From an uncultured Candidatus Saccharibacteria bacterium (GTDB taxonomy: Bacteria > Patescibacteriota > Minisyncoccia > Phycocordibacterales > UBA918): 64,000 nt of DNA. Below the pieces are notes generated by a model. It was not told the DNA's origin. It was given only the letters and a program-made list of their open reading frames with translations, and made no database searches. The translations under genes were made by a program, and so were the position numbers. Each line of letters begins with the position of its first letter. Position 1 is the stretch's first letter. This document shows, in pieces, positions 29,726 to 39,753 of this stretch. The stretch spans positions 310,578 to 374,577 of the forward strand of contig CAYGKO010000001.1 of NCBI GenBank assembly GCA_964350735.1, written 5' to 3'.

Positions 29726-30115
29726 ATGAAATTAGTTGGGCACATTATTTTAATAGCAGTACTCGGAAGTATGTTCCTGAGTCTCTTTCATATGTCTACC
29801 GGAATGGACATGACTGGCGGAATGACAGATTGTCCGTTTATGGAACGTGGTGAGGTGATTTGCCCCATGAATCTAGCTGACCATATCGGAGCGTGGAAAG
29901 CCGCCTTTGTATCAGTTACTCCAACCATTGTCACGCTGCTAGTAATTGCTGGAACAGTTGCATTTATAGCTTCAACTGCGCCCTTCTTCTTTTCCCCAAA
30001 AAGAAAACCGATACCGATCCGGTTCAATGCACTTCGTGTGCGAACGTATTCATTTTCATATAGACCATTGCAAGAACTATTTTCTAGCGGAATTTTACAC
30101 CCCAAACTATTTTAG
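29726..30115 (+). CDS. Small Cys/Met-motif membrane protein, paralogue of 17072-17524
   Basis: FLSLFHMS...DCPFMERGEVICPM and the identical C-terminal RPLQELFSSGILHPK. The 3' DNA is also conserved with 17470-17520. Confidence 0.5.
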   Translation: MKLVGHIILIAVLGSMFLSLFHMSTGMDMTGGMTDCPFMERGEVICPMNLADHIGAWKAAFVSVTPTIVTLLVIAGTVAFIASTAPFFFSPKRKPIPIRFNALRVRTYSFSYRPLQELFSSGILHPKLF

Positions 30116-30170
30116 CTATGTACCCATGCGATCTTAATCGCAATATTACTAGCCTAGAAAAGTAAATAAC

Positions 30171-30827
30171 ATGCAAAAAATATACTTTATTGGTGCAAGC
30201 CTCTTTGCACCAGCCATTTCACTAGCTCATTCAGACGAACTGCACACAGCGTGGTACCAAGAACCGATGACGGTTGTCGGCATACTCGTAGCAGTTCTAT
30301 CTCTTGGTGCGCTTAGTTATGGACTCATTACCAAGCAAAAGAACTTCATGACGTTGCCAGTCATAGCGTTGGTAGCGGTAGCTGTCACAGGTTTAGTTTC
30401 CTTTGGTCAAAACAACCTCACCTACGAGCCAGACTTAGTGGTAACCAACTTTGGTGCTGGTCAGTCAGTCACCTTATACAAGAGCCCGAATTGTGGCTGT
30501 TGTAGTGGTCACGCAGCGGCACTCGAAGCAGCTGGCTTTGATGTCACGATTGAAGAAACAAATGAGCTTAACACTATTAAACAATCAAACAATATTCCTC
30601 TGGGTGGAGAGAGCTGTCACACGTCTATCATTGGTGATTACGTAGTAGAAGGTCATGTGCCACTAGAAGCCATTGAAAAACTACTGACTGAACAACCTGA
30701 CATTGCTGGTATTGGATTACCGGGAATGCCAATTGGCACACCAGGTATGCCAGGACCGAAGACTGCTCCTTATGAGGTTTATCAACTATCAAGCGATGGT
30801 GACATGTCACCATACATAACAATCTAA
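30171..30827 (+). CDS. DUF411 (CopG-like) periplasmic metal-binding protein
   Basis: SPNCGCCSGHAAALEAAGFDV motif with an N-terminal signal/TM segment. Confidence 0.65.
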   Translation: MQKIYFIGASLFAPAISLAHSDELHTAWYQEPMTVVGILVAVLSLGALSYGLITKQKNFMTLPVIALVAVAVTGLVSFGQNNLTYEPDLVVTNFGAGQSVTLYKSPNCGCCSGHAAALEAAGFDVTIEETNELNTIKQSNNIPLGGESCHTSIIGDYVVEGHVPLEAIEKLLTEQPDIAGIGLPGMPIGTPGMPGPKTAPYEVYQLSSDGDMSPYITI

Positions 30828-30830
30828 TAT

Positions 30831-32552
30831 ATGAAATATATAGTAGTCATTGGTGTATTTCTTCTCCTTATCGGTGGGGTCTTCTGGTATACCAGTACAC
30901 CCAATATGATGGGAATGAACATGGACGGCATGATGATGGGACAAAACATCTCCAAAGAAGATAACTTATCAATCTTGCACGATGAGAATGTGTCTGAGGT
31001 CAAGCCAACTGAGATTGTTGAACTAAATGACGGCGACACGTTCGACCTCACCGCTTCAATCGTTAAACAAGAGGTTGGTAATCGAACCGTAAAACGTCTA
31101 GCATACAATGGTCAGATTCCTGGACCAATTCTCAAAGTAGAGAAAGGAGCTAATGTTACGGTTAACTTCACTAACAACATCGATATGGAGACCTCATTGC
31201 ACTCACACGGCCTTCGAGGTAACTGGGAAATGGATGGAGCTGTGCCGATTACTCCACCAGTAGGGGTTGGTGAAACCTTTAGCTATGAATTGGTATTTCC
31301 TGATACGGGCGTCTTCTGGTACCACCCACATGTTCGAGAAGACTACCAACAAGACATGGGACTCTACGGCAATATGGTGGTTGAGGAAGATGGCTACTGG
31401 AATGAAGTCGATCAAGAAGAGTACTTGATTATTGATGACATTCTCGAAGACGGTGAATACAGTCGAGAGGTAGTCACCAACACCCTGATGGGACGCTTTG
31501 GTGACCGACTGCTGATCAACGATCAAGAAGACTACAACCTGACCGTACAGCAAGGATCAATCACTCGGGTTGCCTTTACCAATGTGGCGAATACTCGCAC
31601 ATTCAAACTGAGCTTCCCAGGAGCACAAACTAAACTTGTTGGTGGCGACGCCGGTCGGATTGAGCAAGAAGTAATGATTGACGAACAGATTATTGGCACC
31701 TCAGAGCGCTACATCTTCGAACTCTATTACGACACACCTGGTACCTACCCAATTATGCACCGAGACCAAGAGATTGGTGCAGTGACGGTCGAGCCGTCTG
31801 GTATGAATCGTTTGGTCGCCTTTGAGACACTGCGAAGCAATGCGTCTGACTACGCAGACATCCGAAATCAAACATCTAGTCTACTGGCTAAGGCGCCAGA
31901 CAAGAACCTCCGTCTTGATATCGAGATGAAAGGTATGATGGGCGACATGATGATGAATGAACGTGGTATGGGTATGATGGATAACGATGAGATGGTAAAC
32001 CTGATGGGTATGGAAATGAATCGCCAGCAAGCCGTTGAGCATTGTGAAATGATGCCGAATATGGCTGGTTGTGAGCCGTTTGTTGGTGAAGCTGGAGACG
32101 ATATGACGGGAGGCATGATGGAAGAGGGAGAAGAAGCCGGACCACACGGCGAAGACGGTATTGAGTGGGAAGACGAAATGGCTATGATGAATCAGATGAG
32201 TACTGATGAAACTATTGAATGGGTTATTGAGGATATCGACACCGGTTTAGAAAACGGTGATATTGATTGGTCATTCCAAACTGGCGACTTAGTTAAAGTT
32301 CGTATCTACAATGATGAGAATGGGATGCATCCGATGCAACACCCAATTCACTTCCACGGACAGAAGTTTGTCATCTTAGCCAAAGATGGTGAGTTAAACG
32401 ATAACCTGCAGTGGAAGGACTCAGTACTAATCCCGACGGGAGAGACCTACGATCTATTGATTGAGATGAGCAATCCTGGTCAGTGGATGACACACTGTCA
32501 TATTGCTGAGCATCTTGAAGCAGGGATGATGTTCAACTTTGAGGTGAAGTAG
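30831..32552 (+). CDS. Multicopper oxidase (CopA/CueO-like) with a Met-rich copper-binding insert
   Basis: Copper ligand motifs HSHGL, HPHV and HCHIAEH, plus a MMGDMMMNERGMGMM Met-rich region. Confidence 0.85.
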   Translation: MKYIVVIGVFLLLIGGVFWYTSTPNMMGMNMDGMMMGQNISKEDNLSILHDENVSEVKPTEIVELNDGDTFDLTASIVKQEVGNRTVKRLAYNGQIPGPILKVEKGANVTVNFTNNIDMETSLHSHGLRGNWEMDGAVPITPPVGVGETFSYELVFPDTGVFWYHPHVREDYQQDMGLYGNMVVEEDGYWNEVDQEEYLIIDDILEDGEYSREVVTNTLMGRFGDRLLINDQEDYNLTVQQGSITRVAFTNVANTRTFKLSFPGAQTKLVGGDAGRIEQEVMIDEQIIGTSERYIFELYYDTPGTYPIMHRDQEIGAVTVEPSGMNRLVAFETLRSNASDYADIRNQTSSLLAKAPDKNLRLDIEMKGMMGDMMMNERGMGMMDNDEMVNLMGMEMNRQQAVEHCEMMPNMAGCEPFVGEAGDDMTGGMMEEGEEAGPHGEDGIEWEDEMAMMNQMSTDETIEWVIEDIDTGLENGDIDWSFQTGDLVKVRIYNDENGMHPMQHPIHFHGQKFVILAKDGELNDNLQWKDSVLIPTGETYDLLIEMSNPGQWMTHCHIAEHLEAGMMFNFEVK

Positions 32553-32572
32553 TCACTCTGAGAGATTGTAGA

Positions 32573-32604
32573 AGAAAACACCTGATTTTCAGGTGTTTTC
32601 TTAT
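32573..32604 (+). terminator. Rho-independent terminator after the multicopper oxidase gene
   Basis: gaaaacacctgattttcaggtgttttcttatt. Confidence 0.7.
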
Positions 32605-32629
32605 TGTGTGTAAGTGGTATAAATAGTCT

Positions 32630-33262
32630 ATGTCAAATAGATGGGTAGAAAGTGTTAAAAAGAATCTCTTACCTCTGAGTAAAGAAAAAACCGACCTCAA
32701 CCAAGCATTGAGCGAGTGGTTTTATACTGGAGACACCTATGACCTTACTCGCCCTGAGGAAGATTGTGAATTGTGTGATCATCCTGGAATTAGATTTCAA
32801 TTTGAAATAAAAAATCAGCATACTAAAGAAGTTCTGCTAATTGGATCTGAATGTATATTACGATTCTCAATTTCAGCAATTGATGATGAAGGTAATGTAC
32901 TTGATCAAGTTTCCACTACCAAAAAAGTGCACCAAGATAGACGTAAACTTATATCTAACGCTAGAACAAAAAGAGTTATCACTAGCTTAGTAGATTTGTC
33001 ACAAAAAGATAAAGAGTTTGATGACATAAATAATTCAATTGAGTACTTTCAAGAGAGAGGAGCCTTTTCACCTAGACACCTGCTATTTCTATTATGGAGA
33101 ATGAAAAAGAGTGGCGTTTCATTTAACAAAACAGATTTTAAAATGACAATTAGAAGAAATAGAGAGAAAGATCAATTGTTAGCTATGAAGGACTGGGAAG
33201 TAAGAAAAATAAAGCCAGCCATGTCCGCCGCTCAACAAAAATGGTATCAAGAAAATTCATAG
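32630..33262 (+). CDS. Hypothetical protein with a possible Cys4 zinc-binding motif, adjacent to the recombinase
   Basis: CELCDH...GSECI. No other recognisable domain. Confidence 0.35.
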   Translation: MSNRWVESVKKNLLPLSKEKTDLNQALSEWFYTGDTYDLTRPEEDCELCDHPGIRFQFEIKNQHTKEVLLIGSECILRFSISAIDDEGNVLDQVSTTKKVHQDRRKLISNARTKRVITSLVDLSQKDKEFDDINNSIEYFQERGAFSPRHLLFLLWRMKKSGVSFNKTDFKMTIRRNREKDQLLAMKDWEVRKIKPAMSAAQQKWYQENS

Positions 33263-34555
33263 TCATTTTACTATTGATAGTAATTTATTTTTTAGTATTA
33301 ATTTGCTTTCTAAGCTTTCAAATAGACTTCTTTTTTCATTAATATCACCATCTTTTAAAACGAACTTAAAATAATTTTTGACATCTTTATCCGATACTTT
33401 GATTTCAGTACTTTTGCCTGACAGTGCTAACTGAAACTTCTTAAATCTAGTTACTTCAGCTTTTAGTTTAATCAGCACGGTATTTTCTTTTAATTTTATT
33501 GTATCCACTAAATCTTGCAGTTGTGTTATTAGCTCAGTTTCATTTAAGTATCCACTTTTGCAATTCTTATCCTTAGCTTTGGTGCAACCGTAATATATGT
33601 GAGTATTGAACTTTCCATTCTTCAATTTCTTATACTTTTCATCAGCACTTATGCCTGAACCACACAAGCCGCAAGTCATGAGCTTAGTGAACGCAAATTC
33701 TTTATCCGTCCGCGTCTTCAATTCGTTGCCTTTAAGTTGTGTCTGTACTTCGTCATATAACTCTTTAGTTACAATCGGCTCATGTTTTCCTTGATACCAC
33801 TGACCGCTACCTTTGGGGTATTCAAAACTTCCATAATAGAAAGTGTTATCTAAGATTTTGTATATGTTTCCAAGACTCAGATGTTTCTTTCCCGCATGAG
33901 TCCTAAAGTTAAGCTCGAACTTCAGCCAGTGATAGAGTTTGCGACCAGACCATTGCTCATACGCTACTTTCTCGAACATCTGTTTAATGACTGGAGCACG
34001 GTCTTCATCTATCAAGCATTCATTCTTTCGGTCCAGTCTACGTTCTTTGATATATCCAGTGGCAGCGTTAGTAGGCCACAGACCCAGTTCACATCTAGCT
34101 CTCAGCCCACGCTTTACATTGATGCCTCTGTTGTCATTCTCTAGTTTTGCTTGAGAACACAGAATCATCAGCAAGAACTTCTCGTTAGGAGAGTTACTAA
34201 ATGTCTGTCCATACGTACGAATTGAATGTAATTTTTGCTCATCCATCAAATCCACTACTGAGCCTAAGTCACCAGCATTACGACTTAACCTATCTGGTGC
34301 CCACGTTAATATTGCATTAAACTTTTCCTGTTTCACATCTCCTAACAATTCTTTAAATATCGGTCTATTCCCAGAATCCTTAGCAGACTTTGATTCTCGT
34401 CTGATATCAACTACTTCAAGATTCTCACGCTCTGCAATCTGTAACATTTCGTTAACTTGAGATTCAATCGACAACGCTTGTCGCTCATCACTCTCAGTAC
34501 TTTTTCTTGCATACAAACAGTACTTTAATTTCTCCTCAGTTACTCCTTCTATCAT
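33263..34555 (-). CDS. Large serine recombinase (resolvase/invertase catalytic domain + recombinase domain + zinc ribbon)
   Basis: YARKSTESDE...S catalytic region and the C-terminal CGLCGS...YYGC ribbon. Confidence 0.85.
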   Translation of the reverse strand: MIEGVTEEKLKYCLYARKSTESDERQALSIESQVNEMLQIAERENLEVVDIRRESKSAKDSGNRPIFKELLGDVKQEKFNAILTWAPDRLSRNAGDLGSVVDLMDEQKLHSIRTYGQTFSNSPNEKFLLMILCSQAKLENDNRGINVKRGLRARCELGLWPTNAATGYIKERRLDRKNECLIDEDRAPVIKQMFEKVAYEQWSGRKLYHWLKFELNFRTHAGKKHLSLGNIYKILDNTFYYGSFEYPKGSGQWYQGKHEPIVTKELYDEVQTQLKGNELKTRTDKEFAFTKLMTCGLCGSGISADEKYKKLKNGKFNTHIYYGCTKAKDKNCKSGYLNETELITQLQDLVDTIKLKENTVLIKLKAEVTRFKKFQLALSGKSTEIKVSDKDVKNYFKFVLKDGDINEKRSLFESLESKLILKNKLLSIVK

Positions 34556-34740
34556 GTATATATTAATGACAGACCAGTTTTTATTGCATAGCTATGCAAG
34601 CTAAATAAAACGTCACATACTCGCTTAGCAAAACTACCATTTAGCGATACAATCCCATTAATAGTAGTTTTCTGCTATTATGTTCAACACAACTGAATAC
34701 AAGGCCTAACCCTTTAGTTTCCTAGAGATATGGCCGACCA

Positions 34741-34881
34741 AACGCGATCAACGTAAAAACCCCGACATCAGGGGCGTTGATCGCGTTGCGTGGGGAAACT
34801 TGCGTAGGAACCTTCGGGTTCACCTTGGTGTTCGGGTTTTTGTGTACCTGAACATTTAATTACTCATAAAACGCGATCAAC
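34741..34881. promoter_or_regulatory. Three copies of AACGCGATCAAC(G) (two forming a 13-bp-stem cruciform) upstream of the Ltp-like gene: candidate operator, origin or att site
   Basis: aacgcgatcaacg (34741-34753) pairs with cgttgatcgcgtt (34775-34787), with a ccccgacatcagggg sub-hairpin in the loop. A third copy lies at 34868-34881, 5 bp before the ATG at 34886. Confidence 0.4.
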
Positions 34882-34885
34882 ATTT

Positions 34886-35644
34886 ATGGAAAAAAAAGAA
34901 ACTAAAATCACCCTCGGACTAATTGTCGGGTGGGTACTTGGAGTATTAGTAGGTATTGCTGGAGTGGGTCTGCTTTTCACCGAACCTATACCAGGAATAT
35001 TATTCATTCTGTTATCTTTGGTACTTTTACCTCCAGCTAATCGGATGATAAAAGAGAGATTTAATTTCTCACTCTCAGGCGGAGTAAAGGTAGTATTGGC
35101 AATCGTATTGTTTGTTATAGCTGGAGCGACTATGGATACTGAATCAGTTTCGGATGATAACCCTGTTGTTACTGACATACAGCAAGATACTCTTGAAGAA
35201 GTTGAAGCAAGTGATATGCCATCAAATGAAGTCGTCAGCGAGACTGAAGTAGCAGCGCAAGAACCTGTCTATATAGTGGATACACCAACTAACCAGCAAG
35301 CAGAAGAAAGTCCTGAAACTATTGTTGCGGCACCTGCGGTCGCCCAAGAACAGCCCACTCTGGGAGAAAGACAAGCTATCCGAGCAGCTCAAAACTATAT
35401 CGACTTTAAAGCCTTCTCAAGATCAGGTCTTGTTGAACAACTAGAATTTGAGGGATATTCAAGAACAGAAGCTGAATACGGTGTGTCGGGAATCACTGTC
35501 GATTGGAACGAGCAGGCTGCACTATCAGCTGCTAGCTACCTCGAATACACCAACTTCTCTCGTAGTGGTCTTATTGAACAGCTAGAATTTGAAGGATATA
35601 CGACAGCACAAGCTCAGTATGGAGCTACTGCTGTAGGGTATTAA
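34886..35644 (+). CDS. Ltp-like (host-cell-surface-exposed lipoprotein family) superinfection-exclusion-type membrane protein with two C-terminal Ltp repeats
   Basis: Two repeats: QAIRAAQNYIDFKAFSRSGLVEQLEFEGYSRTEAEYGV and QAALSAASYLEYTNFSRSGLIEQLEFEGYTTAQAQYG. N-terminal TM helices. Confidence 0.6.
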   Translation: MEKKETKITLGLIVGWVLGVLVGIAGVGLLFTEPIPGILFILLSLVLLPPANRMIKERFNFSLSGGVKVVLAIVLFVIAGATMDTESVSDDNPVVTDIQQDTLEEVEASDMPSNEVVSETEVAAQEPVYIVDTPTNQQAEESPETIVAAPAVAQEQPTLGERQAIRAAQNYIDFKAFSRSGLVEQLEFEGYSRTEAEYGVSGITVDWNEQAALSAASYLEYTNFSRSGLIEQLEFEGYTTAQAQYGATAVGY

Positions 35645-37248
35645 CATCTAGAGCTTTTTCGACTTTGTGGTGTATCTACGGTCTCAATCCGTTCTTTGGC
35701 TTCGGGAGTGAGACAATCAACATCTTGCAAGACATCGCGATAGTCGTGATACCAGCAGGTGTTGTCGTCCATTGATCCAGGCCCTAGAGACGCGATCAAG
35801 AAGGTACTTTCTTTAGTGAATTCTTCGACGATTTTGTGTATAAGGATTGAAAATGCGTCAGCTAGGTCGTCATGTTTTTCAACTCCAAAACCAATCATCT
35901 GCTCGATAAGATGTTCACAACCAGTATCAGGAAACAAGACAGTACCTTTTTGGATCATGGAAGACGTCAGAGCTAATCGAGTTCTTTTATCACTCTTTGG
36001 CTTAACTGATATCGCTCTCACTCCTTGTGAATCAAGCATCTGTGGCAGAGCGTCCTGGTATGCCACACTTTCCACAATTAGCTCGTCGGAACTACCATTC
36101 AAATGAATGTTGCTGTGCTGCTTCATCAGCTCTACTTGTTGTGGAAAGGTTAGTCGCTTGTTGATAAGATGAGGCTCGATAAAGATACGCAACGCTTCAT
36201 TGCGACCAAATATACGAGCGGTAACCATAGCAGTACAATCCGCGGTATCTTTTTGTGAGATAGCTAAATCAACGCCAGTGTATGTTGCTCGATACGCTTT
36301 ACTGGACCTCGGCGGCAGTTTGTCAGCATGGTAACAGCAGAGCCAGTCAGGATGAATAACCTGATCTTCATCTGGAATAATGTTGAGTAAGTATTCACGT
36401 TGCCACGCGATATCGTCACCAATTTTCTTTCGCTCCTTTTCAATAGAAGCCAGCGTTGGGAACTTTCCTGGCCAGGCTGATTTATTATCTTTAGTGATCA
36501 AGGCACAGGACATAAACGTGCCGTCTATTTCATTCTTTAAGGCTCGTTCTCGCAACCTCATAAGTAATGAGTCTTCATGAAGCAAGTTACCAACCACGAT
36601 CAAGCGGGTGTTTTGATCACCAGCCGGTATCACATCACCAGTGAGCCACTTGTGTGTTTTATTACGTCCCTCACGTGTTTTGGTGGAAGCTACATCTTCA
36701 ACGTCATCACAAATAAACAAGTCTGGTCGATGTTGATGGTGTCGCATCCCTCGGATACTTTGCTCTGACGAAGCAACAGTGATTCGAGCCTGAGTATTCG
36801 AGAACACAATCGAATGTGAACCCCATTCGTCTGAACTTTCACTAAATGGTCCAAGGTCATTTTTAAGCAACAAGTTATTCTCTAGCTCATTACGAATGTT
36901 CATCATATGTTGTTTGGCTTGTACTCGTGTCTGACAGAATATCACCACAAACTTCTTTTGTTGCTGACCAAGAATTGACCAGATAGGATAGGCGGTCGTA
37001 ATAATTGTTGATTTACCAGAGCCACGAAACGCCACAATGAATAGATTTTCATCAGGTTGATTTTCCACCTTTGCAATTAAATCTTTTTGGAAGGTAGCGG
37101 TTGGAAATAGAACGTAATGTGCGAAGTAGAAATGGAAGAAGTAGTTAAAACTACCCTGCATAACTTGTCGCCTGATCACCTTGTCTTTAGCAAGCGACTG
37201 GAACATCTCCTCAGGAATTGGATTTGGGTTATTGTTTTTCATCTTCAT
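35641..37248 (-). CDS. Phage terminase large subunit
   Basis: Walker A AFRGSGKST, with the ATPase then nuclease layout typical of TerL. Confidence 0.75.
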   Translation of the reverse strand: MKMKNNNPNPIPEEMFQSLAKDKVIRRQVMQGSFNYFFHFYFAHYVLFPTATFQKDLIAKVENQPDENLFIVAFRGSGKSTIITTAYPIWSILGQQQKKFVVIFCQTRVQAKQHMMNIRNELENNLLLKNDLGPFSESSDEWGSHSIVFSNTQARITVASSEQSIRGMRHHQHRPDLFICDDVEDVASTKTREGRNKTHKWLTGDVIPAGDQNTRLIVVGNLLHEDSLLMRLRERALKNEIDGTFMSCALITKDNKSAWPGKFPTLASIEKERKKIGDDIAWQREYLLNIIPDEDQVIHPDWLCCYHADKLPPRSSKAYRATYTGVDLAISQKDTADCTAMVTARIFGRNEALRIFIEPHLINKRLTFPQQVELMKQHSNIHLNGSSDELIVESVAYQDALPQMLDSQGVRAISVKPKSDKRTRLALTSSMIQKGTVLFPDTGCEHLIEQMIGFGVEKHDDLADAFSILIHKIVEEFTKESTFLIASLGPGSMDDNTCWYHDYRDVLQDVDCLTPEAKERIETVDTPQSRKSSRC

Positions 37249-37630
37249 GTTGTTTAGTTGGGATAATTTGTGCCATCTCTAATGCTTTACGGACAATTGC
37301 TTCTTGTTCAGGATTTAGCTCGTCAATGTCGTGCTTATTGGTTACTTCAAGCTTGTCTTTATAGGCTGGGTGTCGCTTGTTCAGCCAAAAGCGAACCGCA
37401 GAAAAGTTCTTTTCTTTAATGAGTTGCAGTAGTTGGTTTTCACTCATGTCGTTCACAAATGCCACACCGTCGGACAGGGCTTTGTCGAACTCTTTTTCAA
37501 AGTCTTTATCCTCTCGCTTCCAGCGGTAGACGGTATTGCGTGATACACCTGTCTTCTCACAAGCTACCTGCACAATTGGCACCTTCTTAAGCTCCTCCAG
37601 GAATTGCTTAGAGTATTTAGGCTTTTTCAT
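37229..37630 (-). CDS. Phage terminase small subunit-like HTH protein
   Basis: HTH (VACEKTGVSRNTVYRWK) directly upstream of and overlapping TerL. Confidence 0.45.
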   Translation of the reverse strand: MKKPKYSKQFLEELKKVPIVQVACEKTGVSRNTVYRWKREDKDFEKEFDKALSDGVAFVNDMSENQLLQLIKEKNFSAVRFWLNKRHPAYKDKLEVTNKHDIDELNPEQEAIVRKALEMAQIIPTKQHEDEKQ

Positions 37631-38900
37631 AGTAGTTTTTGATTACTTTAACTTTTTGATCAGTTAGTTTTTCATAACGCCTTCGCACCACTTCGCAAAA
37701 CACAGGGCTTTGTTCAATGGTATATACTCGTCGTCCAAGTGACTCAGCCGCAATCAAAGTACTACCTGAGCCAGCAAAGGAATCAAGAATAATGTCGCCT
37801 GGTTTGGTGCAACGTTTGATTGCTTTCTCGTGGAGTGACGGTGGTTTAGATGTTGGGTGCTCATACTCAGATGATTTCAATCTTTTAGCGCCCCATACGT
37901 TACTGAGGTCTTCAAGTAGTTGATTGCCAGTCCCAAGTTCTTTGTTTTGCACTTCGGTAGCATCCTGCGTCTGTTTGGATAGGTGCGGACTTCCTATGGT
38001 GCCGTATACACAAAATTCGATCACCTTGTTAAACGCAACCGTTGGTGTTGGTGATGCGTTATTCTTGAGCCAGACGTTCAGTCGACGGTTTTTAATACTG
38101 AGTTCGTTGTATAAGATTTGGAATACCCAGACCCAAGCCTCGTCGCACCAGTAGAAGAAGTGAGTGTCTTTCGTGGATACTGCAAGAGCTGCTTCAAGTG
38201 TCTGCTTGATAAAGGCTTTATATTGATCTGGTTTCTTGTCGTCATCAACCCTGCCACCATATGAGGCTTTGTTACCGACACCTTTGTCGTAGTCCAAATT
38301 TATGTTGTATGGTGGATCAGAGTATATGAAGCTAGTCTTATCTTGTCCGAATAATGCCTCAACTGCTTTACTGTCAGTACAATCGGAACAAAGCAATTTG
38401 TGCTTGCCAAGGATAAGCAAATCACCTGATTCGATATCTGTATCTTTGGCAGTTTCGACTGCTTTCTCTTCATCAAAGTCGTCATTTTCTGTACTTAGAT
38501 CCTCATCCCAAAATGAAGCTAGTTCAAGATCGTCAAAACCTGAGTCGGTGAGTAGACCGAGATCAAAGCTCTTTAAGGCTTCGAAATCCCAGTCACCGGT
38601 AACTTTGTTAGAGGTGATGAGATATTCTTCATATTCTTTTTTGGTGAGCTTGCGATTCGGCACGCGCACGTCAACCTCTTCATGACCACGGTCAAGGAGT
38701 TGCATCACTTTAAGACGTTGGTGCCCGGCTATCACTTTGTTGTCTGTATCAATCGCTGGGATCTCAACTAGATTAAACTTCTCCAGACTTTGCTTTAATT
38801 TTTTAAGTTGTATATCGCTCAGGGTACGAGGATTGCTCTCGTACGGGATTAAATCTTTGATGACACGGGTTTCGGTGTGCCAAGCTAGTTTTTTAGACAT
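37617..38900 (-). CDS. ParB-like nuclease domain fused to an N4/N6 DNA methyltransferase
   Basis: ParB N-terminal motif (GHQRL), SDPPYNI methyltransferase motif IV, and FAGSGST motif I. Confidence 0.8.
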   Translation of the reverse strand: MSKKLAWHTETRVIKDLIPYESNPRTLSDIQLKKLKQSLEKFNLVEIPAIDTDNKVIAGHQRLKVMQLLDRGHEEVDVRVPNRKLTKKEYEEYLITSNKVTGDWDFEALKSFDLGLLTDSGFDDLELASFWDEDLSTENDDFDEEKAVETAKDTDIESGDLLILGKHKLLCSDCTDSKAVEALFGQDKTSFIYSDPPYNINLDYDKGVGNKASYGGRVDDDKKPDQYKAFIKQTLEAALAVSTKDTHFFYWCDEAWVWVFQILYNELSIKNRRLNVWLKNNASPTPTVAFNKVIEFCVYGTIGSPHLSKQTQDATEVQNKELGTGNQLLEDLSNVWGAKRLKSSEYEHPTSKPPSLHEKAIKRCTKPGDIILDSFAGSGSTLIAAESLGRRVYTIEQSPVFCEVVRRRYEKLTDQKVKVIKNYYEKA

Positions 38901-39065
38901 TTTATTAAGTCTTACTTAAATAAAATGTGTAGATATAGAAAAAGCCTACGTCCACACACGAAATAAAGAGCGGTTAAGCTATCTATTTCTTGCGCGGAGT
39001 AGGCACGGTGGGTGAGACTATGCGTTACTCTTCTTTTTACTACGCAATATAGTATTTATATTAAA

Positions 39066-39479
39066 TCAAGTTGTCTTCTCTTTGGCAAGTCGACGTAGTA
39101 GACGCTTGCCACTTTTGCTCGCGAGGAATTGTTGTGTATCAGGACCAAATTTTACCGGTACTCCTTCTTTTGGTATTTGTAGGACTACCTTGTATCCGTT
39201 CGATTGTTCTTGTTGCACATACTCAACGAACGACGGATCCTTTTGTAGGTTTTCTGCGAAGACTGACCAGTCCTTGCCAATATCTCCAGTCGTTGGAGAG
39301 TAGATACGTCCAGGTTCATCTTTACGAAATGCTTTTGCTACTTTACGACCGACAGATTTTAATGGTGGATGCTTAGTGGTATGAACCAGAAAATCAGTGA
39401 TCTCGATCACTTTATATTTCTGGCCATGCACTGGTTTGTGCGGCTTGAGTTGCAATTCTGTTACAAACTCTTCTGCCAT
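39066..39479 (-). CDS. Hypothetical protein
   Basis: 137-aa ORF with reasonable coding potential. No recognised motif. Confidence 0.35.
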   Translation of the reverse strand: MAEEFVTELQLKPHKPVHGQKYKVIEITDFLVHTTKHPPLKSVGRKVAKAFRKDEPGRIYSPTTGDIGKDWSVFAENLQKDPSFVEYVQQEQSNGYKVVLQIPKEGVPVKFGPDTQQFLASKSGKRLLRRLAKEKTT

Positions 39480-39703
39480 AACTACTTTCGCTTTCGGGTA
39501 CTTGGTCGCTGTGAAAGGGCACTACCAGCTGCAGTCTTTGATTTGCTTGAGGTACGTCCGTCACGGAGTACACTACTCGACGCTTTGGCGGCTCGTGAAC
39601 TCGTTACTTTGCTTCGGTTGCTTTTGGGCATGATGAAGTTTTTTAGTGGATAATGACTCTATTGTATTCCTGCATTTTGGAAGTGTCAAGAGTGTAAAAT
39701 AAG

Positions 39704-39753
39704 TTGACTAAATAGTGTGTAATTTAGGCTGAAATATGGTATAATAAGGGGGT
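39704..39753 (+). promoter_or_regulatory. Putative promoter with an extended -10 (TGgTATAAT) and a strong RBS for the LexA-like gene
   Basis: TTGACT at 39704-39709, TGGTATAAT at 39737-39745, AAGGGGG immediately before the ATG at 39754. Confidence 0.4.
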
